The notes beneath the pieces are model-generated. The model had not been told where the DNA came from. It ran no database searches and saw nothing but the letters and a program-made list of their open reading frames with translations. From Candidatus Onthocola stercoravium (GTDB taxonomy: Bacteria; Bacillota_I; Bacilli_A; RF39; UBA660), in the NCBI GenBank assembly GCA_018711775.1, contig DVHV01000059.1, forward strand, positions 1 through 32,197: DNA of 32,197 nt. The letters are read 5' to 3'. The translations under genes and the position numbers were made by a program. Of this stretch, positions 32,136-32,197 are shown one piece after another (the stretch's first letter is position 1; every line of letters begins with the position of its first letter).

Positions 32136-32197
32136 ATGGCTAAATTAAATAAGGAAGATTTTATAAGTGCTTTAAAAGAAATGACTATTCTTGAAGT
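32136..32197 (+). CDS. rplL: 50S ribosomal protein L7/L12, N-terminal fragment (3' end lies outside the window)
   Basis: ATG 32136 follows GGGAAGGA. MAKLNKEDFISALKEMTILE matches the L12 N-terminal dimerisation helix, and the gene sits in the usual position after rplJ. Confidence 0.9.
   Translation, partial: MAKLNKEDFISALKEMTILE

Noticed and set aside
1-32197. CRISPR arrays, rRNA genes, intact IS elements or integrases
   Set aside because: I saw no regularly spaced direct repeats, no rRNA-like conserved stretches, and no transposase or integrase-length ORFs with the corresponding motifs anywhere in the window.

Overview
This is an AT-rich segment (roughly 30% G+C by eye) of a Bacillota-type chromosome. 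It uses genetic code 11: TGA serves as a stop in pheT, the TetR-like gene and hydA, and Trp is TGG.

The housekeeping backbone comprises a heterodimeric ABC exporter pair, tRNA-Cys, a SipW-type signal peptidase, a DAACS symporter, a T-box leader with pheS-pheT, a TtcA-family PP-loop ATPase, a Ca2+-type P-type ATPase, and rplK-rplA, the L10 leader, rplJ and the start of rplL.

Several accessory or unusual blocks sit between these:
1. An orphan holin plus M23/SH3 endolysin cassette, followed by PH-domain, membrane and LysM genes.
2. A fossil TnpB 3' end.
3. A tRNA-Cys gene and an inverted, decayed tRNA-Cys copy bracketing a frameshifted membrane-protein gene.
4. A toxin-antitoxin/abortive-infection islet between pheT and ttcA. 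It holds a mini HEXXH protein, a RelE/HigB-like toxin with a HigA-HTH/ImmA-peptidase fusion, and AbiEi/AbiEii.
5. An XRE regulator with a divergent FN3 surface protein. Beside it is a candidate type I toxin-antitoxin-like module: a 24-codon hydrophobic ORF, a convergent roughly 100-nt RNA, and 27-nt inverted repeats.
6. A translationally coupled TetR, [FeFe]-hydrogenase and signal-less C3-like (R-STS-QxE) ADP-ribosyltransferase operon, followed by a secreted CGHC thioredoxin-like protein.
7. An orphan promoter-driven, GC-rich structured RNA between convergent genes.
8. An L11 protein carrying a roughly 60-aa acidic C-terminal tail.

No CRISPR array, rRNA gene or intact mobile element was seen. 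All family assignments come from motif recognition by eye and need HMM or BLAST confirmation.
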